Positions 1 through 10,686 are shown, numbered from the stretch's first letter. The stretch is 64,000 nucleotides of DNA from an uncultured Gemmatimonadales bacterium (GCA_963828735.1 CAWHFW010000005.1:992001-1056000); one strand, 5' to 3'. Translations and numbers: made by a program. The notes: a model not told the origin generated them from the sequence alone.

Positions 1-176
1 GCCGTTGGTGCGCTTGGTGTTAACAGCGAACGTCGAATCCTGCAGTGGCCGGCGAGGCGCCGACGGCGGGGAATTGGGCAACCCCCATGCCCGCCACCCG
101 ACTCGCACGGAGCGCGACCGGTTCGGCATGTTTGGAGTGTTCGGCTGACGGATACTCTGCCAACCACGGTGAAGGA

Positions 177-404
177 ATGATCGGGGTCATCATGGAGGGT
201 GCGCTGTTCGTCGCGCTGATCGCGACGGTGGCCGCCCTCCTTTTCTATGCCCTGGTGCGATGGACGCTGCTCGGCCTGCGACCAGGGGCTTCGCAGCTGG
301 CGCGGGACACTCTGTCATCCCCGGGCGCGTCACAGACCGCGCCCGTCGCGGGCTCCATCATGGCAAGGTGCTGTTCCCGCTTTCGCGAAGGAGTTCAGCC
401 ATGA
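177..404 (+). CDS. small membrane protein, hypothetical
   Basis: GAAGGA before ATG; hydrophobic N-terminus MIGVIMEGALFVALIATVAALLFYALV; stop overlaps next start (ATGA). Confidence 0.4.
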   Translation: MIGVIMEGALFVALIATVAALLFYALVRWTLLGLRPGASQLARDTLSSPGASQTAPVAGSIMARCCSRFREGVQP

Positions 405-1171
405 TCCGCCCCGCGTCTCTCATCGCTACCGCCCTGATCCTCACTCTCCAGGCGTGCGACGCTCGCGCCCCCACGGGCCCCACGACTTCCCTGCCCGGGG
501 CCACGCCGGTCGATCCCTCCGCCGCGACGGCCGACGTCCGGACGAGCATCAACCCACCGTTCGATCCGTCGAACTTCGTGGCCGCGATCACCAATCCCTA
601 CCTGCCGATGACTCCGGGCACGCTGTTCCACTACCGGAGCGAGACGCCCGACGGCGTGGAGATCAACCTGGTCCGCGTCACCCGCCAGACGAAGCAGATC
701 CTCGGCGTGACGGTGACGGTCATCCACGACCAGGTGTTCCTCGACGGGGACCTGACCGAGGACACCTTCGACTGGGAGGCGCAGGATCGGCAGGGGAACG
801 TCTGGTACTTCGGTGAAGACTCGAAGGAGCTCGAGAACGGCCAGGTGGTGAGCACCGAGGGATCGTGGGAGGCGGGCAAGCAGGGGGCGCATGCGGGTGT
901 CATCATGTTCGCGCACCCGCAGCTGGGCAAAGCCTACGTGCAGGAGGACGCTCCCGACGTCGCGGAGGACCGGGCCAAGGCCCTGAGCCTCAAGGCCAAG
1001 GTGGACGTCCCGTTCGGCCACTTCCAGAACTGCCTGCACACCCAGGAGTGGACGCTCCTGGAGCACGACCGCGAGCACAAGTTCTATTGTCCGGGCGTCG
1101 GGCTGGTGGAGGAGAGGCATCCGGCCGGCGGGAACATCACCAACGAGCTTGTGGCGATCACGCACTTCTGA
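401..1171 (+). CDS. hypothetical lipoprotein
   Basis: AAGGAG RBS; signal peptide ending LTLQAC; strong GC3 codon bias. Confidence 0.8.
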   Translation: MIRPASLIATALILTLQACDARAPTGPTTSLPGATPVDPSAATADVRTSINPPFDPSNFVAAITNPYLPMTPGTLFHYRSETPDGVEINLVRVTRQTKQILGVTVTVIHDQVFLDGDLTEDTFDWEAQDRQGNVWYFGEDSKELENGQVVSTEGSWEAGKQGAHAGVIMFAHPQLGKAYVQEDAPDVAEDRAKALSLKAKVDVPFGHFQNCLHTQEWTLLEHDREHKFYCPGVGLVEERHPAGGNITNELVAITHF

Positions 1172-1192
1172 GCGCGGCACATGGTGGCGCTC

Positions 1193-1290
1193 TCACCCCG
1201 AAAGAAGCGAGGGGTCCTGCTTGCTGGTCCGGAACCGTTCCGTCGTTCCGATGCCTGCCGGCAAGATCCCTCGCTTCGCCCGGGATGACA
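1193..1290. repeat. REP-like imperfect inverted repeat between convergent genes
   Basis: tcaccccgaaagaagcgaggggtc ... gatccctcgcttcgcccgggatgaca; related element at 38555-38587. Confidence 0.6.
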
Positions 1291-1297
1291 CGACAGC

Positions 1298-2976
1298 TCA
1301 CCCCTCTCCCTTCGGCTCGACCGGAAGCCCAGCCTCCTTCCACGCCACCCATCCCCCGATCAACGCTCTCGCCTTCTTCCATCCCGCTCGACGAAGCTCT
1401 CGCGCCACCCGGGCGCTTGTGGCCTCGTCCTTTCACATGCAGTAGAGGACGAGGGTGGCGTTGGGGTCGAGTCGTCGTTCTCGCGCCAGGCGAACCGCGT
1501 CGTCCGGTGGAAAGCGGAGCGCCCCGACGCCGATGCCCGGCTCGTCGCGGTAGCTCCGCTCGGTGCGGACGTCGAGCACGACGATCGGCTCACCCGAACG
1601 GTGGAGGTCGCGGAACTCCTGGATCGAGATCTTCTCCGGCACCGGCGCGGCGTCGGCCGGGCGCGTGGGCGCCGGTGCCGGGCGCGAGGGCGTCACATGC
1701 GTCTGCGTGTCCGCGAGCGACGGGCGCGTGGCCACCGTGGCCGGGACCTCGGACTCACCCCCGGACGGTGGCGCACCCGTCCCCGCGCCCCCGTGGCGCA
1801 GGAGATAGAGCGCGATCCCGCCGCCGTGGATGACGACCGAGAAGAGCACCACCAGGCAGGTGATGGTGAAGAGCTGCTCGGCCCCGGGCACGCCCGCGAA
1901 CACGGGCAACAGCACCAGCAGCAGCGAGCTCAGCCCGCGCGGCCCGAACGTGGCGATGAGGCGGCGGCTCCGGTCGTCTACACCCGACCGGCGAAGCACC
2001 GGGAGGAGCACCAGGGTACGCATCGAGAGGGCCACTGCCGCGAACACGAGCATGCGCCAGTCGCCCGCGAGGGAGAGGCCAGTCCAGATGAGCCCGGTTC
2101 CAAAGGCGACGAACGCGAACAGCAGGAACATCTCCGCTGACGCCTCGCCGTAGTCGGTGAAGCAGTCGCACAGCTCGACGTCGATCGCCGCGATGACGAG
2201 CCCCGCCGCGAACGCCGCCAGGAACCCGCTGCCGCCCACCGCCTCGGCGGCCGCGTACGCCGTGAACGCGACGCCCAGCGCGTAAAGCGATTCGTAGTCC
2301 CGCCGCACGCCCACCTTCTTGCGGACGGTGTCGAGCAGCGTGATGGCCACCCAGCCGGAGAACACGCCGAGCATCGGGCCGAGGAGGAAGAGGCCGACCG
2401 CGTGCCTTCCGATCTCCCACGCGGGCGCCGCGATCCCGGCCCGAAGCAAGAGCATGCACAGCACCACGATCGGGAGCAGGATCGACGTCGTTCATCCCGC
2501 TCTCGAGCCGGAGCGCGAGCTTGGCCGAGGGCAGCACCGCGGGGTGGCGCATGAGGGTCCGCAGCAGGACCGGATCGGTCGAGGCGAGCGCCGCGCCGAG
2601 GAGGGCCGCGGCGGGCCAGCTCAGGTCGAGCAGCAGCCGCGCGAGCGAGCGTGATGAGCGCCGCGGGGAGGAGGGTTCCGGGCCCGAGGATGAGCGCCGC
2701 GAGTTTCCGCTGTTGGCGCACCTGGCCGATGTCCACGCCGATGGCGTCGGTGAACAGCACCAGCACCAGCGCCAGCGTCGCGATGACCTGGAGCATCGGG
2801 GAATCGAGCGTCAGCTCGACCACGCCGAAGCCGGCCGGGCCGAGCGCCGCGCCGACAAGCAGGAAGATCGCGACGAGCGGCAGCCCGGTCCGCTCCACGG
2901 CGCCCGAGAGCAGGGACGAGATGATGATGACGATCCCGACCAGGGCCAGGAGCGCGGTGAAGCCCTCGTGAGTCAT
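1298..2976 (-). CDS. CPA1/NhaP-type cation:proton antiporter with C-terminal rhodanese domain; in-frame TGA at 1433-1435 (candidate selenocysteine); two +1 frameshifts (~2644, ~2483)
   Basis: Motifs LFTDA, ALASTDPV, LESGMND, GSGFLAAF, FGPRG across three frames. Rhodanese VLDVR...VLYCM-TGA-KDEATSARVARELRRAGWKKARALIGGWVAWKEAGLPVE continues to a TGA at 1298-1300. Confidence 0.8.
1402..1416 (-). promoter_or_regulatory. candidate bacterial SECIS hairpin
   Basis: GCGCC-CGGGU-GGCGC stem-loop with G-containing loop starting about 21 nt after the UGA. Confidence 0.5.
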
Positions 2977-3132
2977 GGGGACAAGTATACCAGGCGGAGG
3001 TTAGCTCGTGTCCTCAGAGAGGCCCTCGTTCACGAAGATGGGCCCAATTCTACTTTGCAGAATTGCGGCTTCTTTCTCCATGAACGCGCTGCCGCGAAGG
3101 AGGTACGCGGAGCCCGATGAGCTCCGGATGCG

Positions 3133-4035
3133 TCAGGGCAGTCCGATGACGCTGCCCACGCCGGCGTAGGTGTACTGTTCCTTCCAGGTCTTCTTGAATC
3201 TGTAGAACGCCGGCTCCCCAGTGCAGTGGCCCGGTGCTACGCGGTCCACCTTGTAGGTGTCGTGGAGGGCGGTCGCGATGCGCGCGATAACCTCGTCCGG
3301 AGCCGCCGGCAGATGGAATCCGCCAACTACCATGTGCACGTGCCGGTCAATGGCGGTTGACGCCTCCACGATCTTCTCGATTCCCGGATGCGAGCACCCA
3401 ACCACCACGACCATCCCTTGTGGCGTCTCCAGGGCCAGTGACAGTTCGCGCAATTCCTTGGTACCAACCGCGTCGGAGACGAGCGAGATGATGTGCACGC
3501 CAGGGGCCACTTCGAGCGTCGAATCGACCGTCACGAATGTACCCTTGGGCCAGGCCGTACCGAATGCGAGAGTGTCCGCGGGATGGCCGTCGTAATATCG
3601 CATCTCCTCGGGCAGCGAGTCTTGTTTCCGGTAGAACGTGCTTGGCAGCGCGCTGCCGAACACGCCGAATGCCTCCTTGGGCGCGTAGATTTTTACCGTC
3701 GGGTTGACGCTCAACAAATAGGTGAGACCCGCCGTGTGGTCGAGGTGGCGATGCGAGATGACGACGAAGTCCAGCTGCTTGAGGTCAACGCCTGCGGCCT
3801 TGACGTTCTGGGCAAAGATCGACGGGTTGTTGCCGGTGTCGAACAGGATGCGCTTCCCGCCGTGCTCGATGAGGGCGGAATACCCCCAGTCCTTTTTCAT
3901 TGTCGGAGACTTCCCAAACGCGTCGTACAGAATGGTGACGCGATTCACCGGGTCCGCCAGGCGCTCGTGCAAGGTGTACCCGCTAAGCAGCAGCACGAGC
4001 GCAAGCGCTGCCATGGAGCCGTGCCGGTAAGACAT
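3133..4035 (-). CDS. MBL-fold metallo-hydrolase (DHPS-like subgroup), exported
   Basis: LFDTG, SHRHLDH, GCSHPG, GGFHL, GHCTG motifs; signal peptide. Confidence 0.85.
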   Translation of the reverse strand: MSYRHGSMAALALVLLLSGYTLHERLADPVNRVTILYDAFGKSPTMKKDWGYSALIEHGGKRILFDTGNNPSIFAQNVKAAGVDLKQLDFVVISHRHLDHTAGLTYLLSVNPTVKIYAPKEAFGVFGSALPSTFYRKQDSLPEEMRYYDGHPADTLAFGTAWPKGTFVTVDSTLEVAPGVHIISLVSDAVGTKELRELSLALETPQGMVVVVGCSHPGIEKIVEASTAIDRHVHMVVGGFHLPAAPDEVIARIATALHDTYKVDRVAPGHCTGEPAFYRFKKTWKEQYTYAGVGSVIGLP

Positions 4036-4152
4036 TTTCGCCTCCCGTAGCCGATCTCACACACGCCGGATCCGGGAGGCGGTTGCCCCCTCCCGGGTCC
4101 ACCCGTAGGTTTTGTTTCTACACCTGGCAGCGCCTAGGCGCAGCGAGGCAAC

Positions 4153-4413
4153 ATGGACCCACTGTTTTTTCCCACCGCCGTCGTCACCATCCTCATCGCC
4201 GCCATGGGGATATGGGGCGCAGTCAAGATCGCGAAGATTATAGCCCACAGCCGCGTCGGCGGGGACCCTGACACCGCTGCCCATCTCCAAGCGTTGGATC
4301 AGGAGGTGGGGACACTCCGGCAGGAGATGGTCGAGACGCAGGAGCGGCTAGACTTTGCCGAACGGCTGCTGGGGGAGGGACCGAAAACGCGCCGAGTGGA
4401 ACCGCAGCGCTAG
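4153..4413 (+). CDS. small membrane protein with coiled coil
   Basis: GAGG RBS; TM helix then QERLDFAERLL. Confidence 0.7.
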   Translation: MDPLFFPTAVVTILIAAMGIWGAVKIAKIIAHSRVGGDPDTAAHLQALDQEVGTLRQEMVETQERLDFAERLLGEGPKTRRVEPQR

Positions 4414-4610
4414 AATTGCGCGCACCAAAATCCCCACTTTCCAACCTGGATGCTGGTCACGCTTTGGAAGGCCATAGAGGCCCTCCGGCGTAGGTCCAGA
4501 ATCTCAATCCGAACCCCGTGAATCGATTTGGCGTAGCATGTTGAGCCGGTAGGAGATACGGGCTTTCCGAAGGTAACGCGCGGTCAGCTTGGGACAAGTA
4601 TACTAGACCC

Positions 4611-6092
4611 ATGTCCACGAGCGAGCCGTTCGGCACCGCCCTGCTGCTGGCCACCGCCGGCGCCTTGATGACCGCGAGCGTCCTGTTCAGCCGGGCGTCA
4701 CAGCGGATCGGGGTGCCGATCGCACTGCTGTTCCTCGTGATCGGCATGCTGGCCGGGTCCGAGGGCATCGGCGGGATCGACTTCGACGATTACCGGTTCG
4801 CCTACCGGCTCGGCTCGGTGGCCCTGGCCCTGATCCTGTTCGACGGCGGCCTCAACACCCCGCTCGCGGCGCTCCGCCGCACTTGGGCGCCGGCCTCGGT
4901 GCTGGCGACGGTGGGCGTCGTGCTCACGGCACTGGCGATCGCGGTGCCGGCCCACGCCTGGGGTCTGGCGTGGCCGCAGGCGCTCGTGCTCGGCGGGGTC
5001 GTGTCCTCCACCGACGCCGCGTCGGTGTTCGCCGTGCTGCGCGGGAGCGGACTCCAGCTCAAGCGGCGGGTGGGCACCACCCTCGAGCTCGAGTCGGGAC
5101 TCAACGATCCGGTCGCCGTCATCCTCACGGTCACCCTCACCGCGAACCTGCTCCATCCCGTCGCGGCCGAGCCGGCGCGCGTCGCGGTCGAGGTCGTGCT
5201 GCAGCTCGTGGTGGGTGCGGCGCTCGGGATGGCGATCGGGCGCGGCGGGCGCGAGCTGCTGCGCCGGAATCCGCTCCCGAGCGGCGGACTCTACCCCGCG
5301 CTCACGCTCGCGCTCGCGCTCCTGGCCTATGGGGTCACGACGCTGCTCCACGGCAGCGGCTTCCTGGCGGTCTACCTCGCCGGCATGATCCTGGGCAACG
5401 CGCCCCTTCCCTATCACGCCGGGCTGCTGCGGGTGCACGATGCGCTCGCGTGGCTGGCGCAGATCGGCATGTTCCTCGTGCTCGGCCTGCTCGTGTTTCC
5501 GAGCGGGCTGCTCGAGGTGGCGGGTACCGGGCTGGGCCTGGCGCTGGTGCTCGCGATCGTGGTGCGGCCCGCGATCGTGGCCCTGTGCCTGGCGCCGTTC
5601 CGCTACCCATGGCGGGAGACGGTGTACATCGGCTGGGTCGGGCTGCGCGGCGCGGTGCCGATCGTGCTCGCCACCTATCCGGTGCTGGTCGGGGCCCCGG
5701 GCGCGGATCGGATCTTCCACGTCGTGTTCTTCATCGTCGTGGTGAACGCCCTGGTGCCGGGCGGCACGGTAGCGTGGGCGACGCGGAGGCTCGGCCTCCA
5801 GACCTCCCAGCCGCCGGCCGCGCAGGCGGTGCTGGCGATCGAGTCGCGCCTGCCGCTCGAGGGCGAGCTCCTGTCGTTCTACATCGACGAAGCGCTGGTG
5901 GTGGCGGGGATCCCGCTCGAGGAGCTGGACTTTCCGGATGGATCCTCGGTCATGCTGATCGTGCGCGGGAATCGGCTGGTGCCGCCCAAGGGCTCGACGA
6001 CGCTCGAGCCGGGGGACCACGTCTACCTGGTCACGCAGCCGGAGGACAAGCCGCTCATGCAGCTCATGTTCGGCCGGCCGGAGGAGGAGTAG
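4611..6092 (+). CDS. potassium/proton antiporter (CvrA/NhaP2-like) with TrkA-C domain
   Basis: LFDGGL, SSTDAASVF, ELESGLNDP, WVGLRGAVPIVLA; C-terminal RCK-C. Confidence 0.9.
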   Translation: MSTSEPFGTALLLATAGALMTASVLFSRASQRIGVPIALLFLVIGMLAGSEGIGGIDFDDYRFAYRLGSVALALILFDGGLNTPLAALRRTWAPASVLATVGVVLTALAIAVPAHAWGLAWPQALVLGGVVSSTDAASVFAVLRGSGLQLKRRVGTTLELESGLNDPVAVILTVTLTANLLHPVAAEPARVAVEVVLQLVVGAALGMAIGRGGRELLRRNPLPSGGLYPALTLALALLAYGVTTLLHGSGFLAVYLAGMILGNAPLPYHAGLLRVHDALAWLAQIGMFLVLGLLVFPSGLLEVAGTGLGLALVLAIVVRPAIVALCLAPFRYPWRETVYIGWVGLRGAVPIVLATYPVLVGAPGADRIFHVVFFIVVVNALVPGGTVAWATRRLGLQTSQPPAAQAVLAIESRLPLEGELLSFYIDEALVVAGIPLEELDFPDGSSVMLIVRGNRLVPPKGSTTLEPGDHVYLVTQPEDKPLMQLMFGRPEEE

Positions 6093-6214
6093 CGGGCTGG
6101 ACCGGAGCGAGGCCTGTGCCTCCCGTCACGGCCCGACGACCGTCCCTCGCGCTATTGCAGTGACGTCCCCCGGCCGGCGTCCGCCGCGCCGGGGGCATCA
6201 CGGGCGAGGTACCC

Positions 6215-6742
6215 ATGTCCATCGACTGGCACGAGCTGCTGGTCCCGTCCGTCAGCCTTGCGGAGCTCGTGCTCCGCGGCTCGGCGATGTACCTCTTCAT
6301 CCTCGCCGCGATGCGGCTGTTCCGCCGCGAGGCCGGCGCGCTCGGCACGGCCGATCTCCTCGTCATCGTGCTCGTGGCGGACGCCGCACAGAACGCGATG
6401 GCCGCCGAGTACCACTCGCTCACCGAGGGCGTGGTGCTGGTGGCAACGATCTACGGGTGGAACTACCTGCTCGACTGGCTGGCGTTCCGCTCGCCCGCGG
6501 TCTACCGGCTGCTCAACCAGGCGCCGCTGCCGCTCGTCCGGGACGGGCGGGTCCTCCGGAAGAACATGCGCTCGGAGATGCTCACGCTCGAGGACCTGAT
6601 GGAGCAGCTCCGCGAGCAGGGCGTGGAGCGGGTGGCCGACGTGAAGCGCTGCTTTCTCGAGTCCGACGGGCGGCTGAGCATCATCCGGCGGAAGGACGAC
6701 GACGGCGACCGGCCGCCCGACCGGGAGCGCGCCACCACCTGA
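6215..6742 (+). CDS. DUF421 (YetF) family membrane protein
   Basis: 3 TM helices then LVRDG...EQLREQG...LESDGRLSII. Confidence 0.85.
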   Translation: MSIDWHELLVPSVSLAELVLRGSAMYLFILAAMRLFRREAGALGTADLLVIVLVADAAQNAMAAEYHSLTEGVVLVATIYGWNYLLDWLAFRSPAVYRLLNQAPLPLVRDGRVLRKNMRSEMLTLEDLMEQLREQGVERVADVKRCFLESDGRLSIIRRKDDDGDRPPDRERATT

Positions 6743-6836
6743 GCGGCGCTTGCGGGGCCTCCGGCCCGCCCGCCGGACTGGTTCAGACGCCCGGACGATG
6801 CTAAAGTTTCTACTCCCTCCACCTCCTCATTCGGGT

Positions 6837-8825
6837 ATGCTCGTGGGCATGCTGCGATCCGACCGCTCAAGCGGACTCGCTCGACGCTTCCTCGCGACCG
6901 CGGCACTTTCGCCCGGCCGCGCGGCGCTCGGCCTTGTCCTGGCCACGCTCCTCGCGTGCGGTGGCGACAGCCTGACCGTGCCCGACCAGGGCACGCCCTC
7001 GGCGATCGCCATGGTGCGGGGCGACCGGCAGGACGGCGCGGCCGGCGAGCCGCTGGGCGATTCACTCGTGGTGCGGGTGACGGACCGCTTCGGCGACCCG
7101 GTCGGCGGCGTCGAGGTGGCCTGGACCCCGCAGTCGGGCGGGAGCGTGAGCCCGGCCACGAGCGCCACCTCCGCCGACGGCCGCGCCGCCACCCAGCGCA
7201 TGCTCGGCGAGGCGCTCGGCCCCTACGTCACTACCGCCGCCCTGCCCGCCTCCCAGAGCACGCCCCAGCCGGTGGTGTTCACCGCCACGGGCGTGGACAC
7301 GCGCCTCGTGCTCGCCGTGCCGCTGCCGGCGGTCGTGGCGGCCGGGGTCGTGCTCGACCCCCAGCCGGTGATCCAGCTCCGGGACCTCGAGGGCCACGAC
7401 GTGGCGCAGCAGGGGGTGACGGTCACCGCTCGGCTCGCCGACGGCGGCACGGTGTCCGGCGGTGCCACCGCCGCGAGCGACGCGACGGGCCGGGCGACGT
7501 TCGCCGACCTCGCGATCACCGGCTCGAACGGGAGCCACACCCTCATCTTCACCGCCGACGGCTTCGCCTCGGCCACGGCGACGGTGGCCCTCGGCATCGC
7601 GGCGCCGGGCTCGATGGAGGCCGCCGCGGGCGGCGACCAGTCGACGACGGTGGCGACGGCCGTGGCCGTGGCGCCCGCGGTGCTGGTGCGCGACCAGCAG
7701 GGCAATCCGCTCGCGGGCATTCCGGTGACGTTCGCGGTGACCGGCGGCGGCGGGTCGGTGAGCAAGGCCGTGCCGGTGACGGGCGCCGACGGCGTCGCGA
7801 CCCTGGGCGGGTGGACGCTCGGCCCGCAGGCCGGCGCCAACACGGTCGCGGCGACGATCTCGGGGCTCGAGGTGAGCGGCAGCCCGGTGACGTTCCAGGC
7901 CACCGGCATGCCGGCGGCGGTGGACGCCGCGAAGAGCAGCGTCAGTGCGGCGCCAACGGCCGTCTCCGCGTCGGGCGGGTCGAGCCCGAGCACGATCACG
8001 GTGACCGCGCGCGACGCGCTCGACAACCCGATCCCGGGGCTCGCGGTCACGCTCGCCGCGACCGGCGACGGCGCCGCGCTGACGCAGCCGGACGCGCCCA
8101 CCGGAAGCGACGGCACCGCCACCGGCGCCTTCAGCGCGACCACGCCGGGCGAGCATGTCGTCTCGGCGACGATCGCGGGCGTGCCGGTGACCCAGACCGC
8201 CACGGTGATGGTGTCCGCCGGCGCGCCGAGCGCGGGGCGGAGCCGCGCCACGGTGCCGGCGGGTACCGCGGGCGAGGGCACGACGATCGAGGTCCGGCTC
8301 AAGGACGGGCAGGGCAACGACGTGGCGGGGCAGGCCGGGGCGATCGCGGTGACGGTCTCGGGTGCCAACCCGGCGGGCGCGCTGGACGTGGCGGAGGACG
8401 GCGGCGGCCGCTACACGGCCACGTACACCCCGACCGTGACCGGGACCGACCATGTGGACGTGAAGGTGGCGGGCACCGCGGTCCAGGGCTCGCCGTTCTT
8501 GAGCGCGGTGGAGGCGGGGGCGGCGAACGCGGGCACGTCCATAGCGGTGGTGCCGGCCTGCGTCGAGCAGTTCCGGCTCCCCGCGCGGATCACCATCACG
8601 GCGTTCGACGCGTTCGGCAACCGGCTCAAGCGGGGCGGCGATGCATACCGGATCCAGGTGAACCAGGGTCCCCTGACCACGCCGGAGGACCAGAAGGACG
8701 GCACCTACACGGCGGCGCTCAACCTGCCGATTGGGGTGTTCCGGGTGGACATCACGCTCCAGGGCGCGGCGATCCAGGGGAATCCGTTCCAGATCATCGT
8801 GCCGTACCCGTTCTTCAACTGCTAG
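6837..8825 (+). CDS. Ig-like (Big_1/filamin) repeat lipoprotein
   Basis: Lipobox LLAC; repeated GDxQ...VxVxDxxGNP...VTF and filamin-like DGTYTA...GSPF; start uncertain (6837 or 6849). Confidence 0.85.
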   Translation: MLVGMLRSDRSSGLARRFLATAALSPGRAALGLVLATLLACGGDSLTVPDQGTPSAIAMVRGDRQDGAAGEPLGDSLVVRVTDRFGDPVGGVEVAWTPQSGGSVSPATSATSADGRAATQRMLGEALGPYVTTAALPASQSTPQPVVFTATGVDTRLVLAVPLPAVVAAGVVLDPQPVIQLRDLEGHDVAQQGVTVTARLADGGTVSGGATAASDATGRATFADLAITGSNGSHTLIFTADGFASATATVALGIAAPGSMEAAAGGDQSTTVATAVAVAPAVLVRDQQGNPLAGIPVTFAVTGGGGSVSKAVPVTGADGVATLGGWTLGPQAGANTVAATISGLEVSGSPVTFQATGMPAAVDAAKSSVSAAPTAVSASGGSSPSTITVTARDALDNPIPGLAVTLAATGDGAALTQPDAPTGSDGTATGAFSATTPGEHVVSATIAGVPVTQTATVMVSAGAPSAGRSRATVPAGTAGEGTTIEVRLKDGQGNDVAGQAGAIAVTVSGANPAGALDVAEDGGGRYTATYTPTVTGTDHVDVKVAGTAVQGSPFLSAVEAGAANAGTSIAVVPACVEQFRLPARITITAFDAFGNRLKRGGDAYRIQVNQGPLTTPEDQKDGTYTAALNLPIGVFRVDITLQGAAIQGNPFQIIVPYPFFNC

Positions 8826-8869
8826 ATCTCGATTCTTCACCCCGACATCCGCCGGCGCCTCCGACCCGC
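8694..8869 (+). repeat. direct repeat copy 1 (3' end of Ig-like gene plus downstream)
   Basis: Near-identical to 10687-10865. Confidence 0.95.
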
Positions 8870-8917
8870 AACGTCGCGGTGGCAGGCTCGATCCCCGGCG
8901 CGCGCGCAGCGTTCGCG

Positions 8918-9013
8918 GCTGCACGGCTTTAGGAGTGTGCTGCAGAGGTACGAGCCTGCCTGCCGGGTGTGGTTTATGCTGCCGGAGATGCGGTCTAATA
9001 CCAGTTAGCCGGA
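8918..9013 (+). mobile_element. attI-like site copy 1
   Basis: tggtttatgct...gcggtctaataccaGTTAGCC, similar to 13858-13949; ends in a GTTRRRY-like core just before an ORF. Confidence 0.5.
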
Positions 9014-9049
9014 CGCACCGACATCCCCTTCCACCAGGGAAGAGGCCCG

Positions 9050-9304
9050 ATGCCATTCGATGAGAAGTTGGCGGCACGCATTCGAGCACACCTGAGCAGG
9101 CGTAGAGGGGTAGCTGAACGGAAGATGTTTGGCGGGATCACCTTCATGCTGCAAGGCAACATGTGCTGCGGCGTGCATCGCGATGCTCTGATTGCTCGCC
9201 TCGGCCCTGAGGAGGCCGGTCAAGCCCTCACGGAACCGCACACGCGGGGGTTCGATCTGACCGGGCGTCCGATGAAGGCCTGGGTGCTGGCTGGCTATGA
9301 GTAG
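9050..9304 (+). pseudogene. TfoX/Sxy N-terminal family protein, probably C-terminally truncated
   Basis: ERKMFGGITFMLQGNMCCGV...FDLTGRPMKAWVL then early stop. Confidence 0.75.
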
Positions 9305-9357
9305 GCGACGCGTCGCAAAGAACAAGATCAGCGTACGGAAAACGAGTGAGAGGATCA

Positions 9358-10671
9358 ATGAAAGCTGTGGTTCGCGTCGGTTTAGCAACTCTCGCGCTCC
9401 TCGTTCTATGGGCCGTCGTCGTGTTCGTTGGGACCTCGGAAGGCTGGTGGAAGCACACACTCGCTCCTCGCGGCGACACCGCCGGGTTCATGGACGCCGC
9501 TGCCAAGCTCGTCGATTCCAGCAACACAGGCAACGCTGTGTTCGTCGTAATCGACGATGGCGCTGTCCACGGCGTCCATGCCGTCTCCGTTGGCGAAGCG
9601 GTGGACGTGAATACCGTGTTCCAAACCGCTTCCCTCAGCAAGTGGATCACTGCTTGGGGTGTTATGGCGCTCGTCCAAGAGGGAAAGCTCGATCTGGACG
9701 CACCTGTTAGCACCTACCTGACCCGGTGGGCGCTCCCCAAAAGCAAGTTCGACAACAACAAGGTGACGGTGCGGCGGCTGCTGAGCCACACCGCCGGGCT
9801 CACCGACGGACTCGGCTACGCCGGCTTCGCGCCCAACGCGGCCGTCCAGTCACTGGAAGAATCCCTCAAGCGACCGGCGGATGCGTCTCCCGGGGCCAGC
9901 GGCACTATAGAGGTCGGATACGAGCCCGGGTCCGAGTGGCGGTACTCGGGAGGTGGCTATGCAATCCTTCAGCTCCTGATTGAAGAAGTGACCGGCGAAT
10001 CGTTCGAGGGCTTCATGCAACGCGTCATCTTCCGACCCTTGGGTATGGTTCGGTCGTCATACAGTTGGACACCTGCAGCGGGATCGACACTCGCGACGTT
10101 CTACGATGTTGACTCGAAACCGGCGACTCACTACCGATTTGCGGCCGTTGCGGCCACGTCGCTGTACACGTCGGCGTCCGACCTCACGCGTTTCGTTCAG
10201 GCCCACCTACCGGGAAAGAACGGCGAGCCGATTGGGCGCGGCGTGCTTGGGCCAGCGATCATCAACGAGATGTGGCGGCCGCACGCATCCAAGTTTTCGG
10301 AAGACATCTGGGGCCTTGGAACTATCCTGTACGCCAGCAATAACAAAGGTGGCTTCGTCGTCGGTCATGACGGGGACAACGAGCCTGCGATAAATACCGC
10401 CGCACGTCTCAACCCGGCCACCGGCAACGGCATCGTGATTCTCGAGACCGGTACGCCCCTCCTCGCTACGAGGCTGGCCGGCGAGTGGGTCTTCTGGGAA
10501 ACGGGCAACGTGGACTTCCTCGCGTTCACGATCGCGATCCCGGGGATGCTTCGCCTGATCGGTCTCGGCAGCCTCGTGATCGTGGTGGCTCTGCCAACAA
10601 TCGCTTGGTCGCTTCGACGCAAGCGGAGGGGTCGATCTTTCAATGCCAGCGCTTCTAGGCCTGGCACATAG
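9358..10671 (+). CDS. serine hydrolase (beta-lactamase/PBP class C-like family)
   Basis: FQTASLSK (SxxK), LLSHTAG, WRYSGGGY, GHDG; N- and C-terminal TM segments. Confidence 0.9.
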   Translation: MKAVVRVGLATLALLVLWAVVVFVGTSEGWWKHTLAPRGDTAGFMDAAAKLVDSSNTGNAVFVVIDDGAVHGVHAVSVGEAVDVNTVFQTASLSKWITAWGVMALVQEGKLDLDAPVSTYLTRWALPKSKFDNNKVTVRRLLSHTAGLTDGLGYAGFAPNAAVQSLEESLKRPADASPGASGTIEVGYEPGSEWRYSGGGYAILQLLIEEVTGESFEGFMQRVIFRPLGMVRSSYSWTPAAGSTLATFYDVDSKPATHYRFAAVAATSLYTSASDLTRFVQAHLPGKNGEPIGRGVLGPAIINEMWRPHASKFSEDIWGLGTILYASNNKGGFVVGHDGDNEPAINTAARLNPATGNGIVILETGTPLLATRLAGEWVFWETGNVDFLAFTIAIPGMLRLIGLGSLVIVVALPTIAWSLRRKRRGRSFNASASRPGT

Positions 10672-10686
10672 GCAGGCATTCAACCT

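Noticed and set aside
9358..10671. Serine hydrolase as a true beta-lactamase resistance gene
   Set aside because: Has YSG and HDG rather than YxN and KTG, plus a C-terminal TM; more likely an esterase or peptidase.
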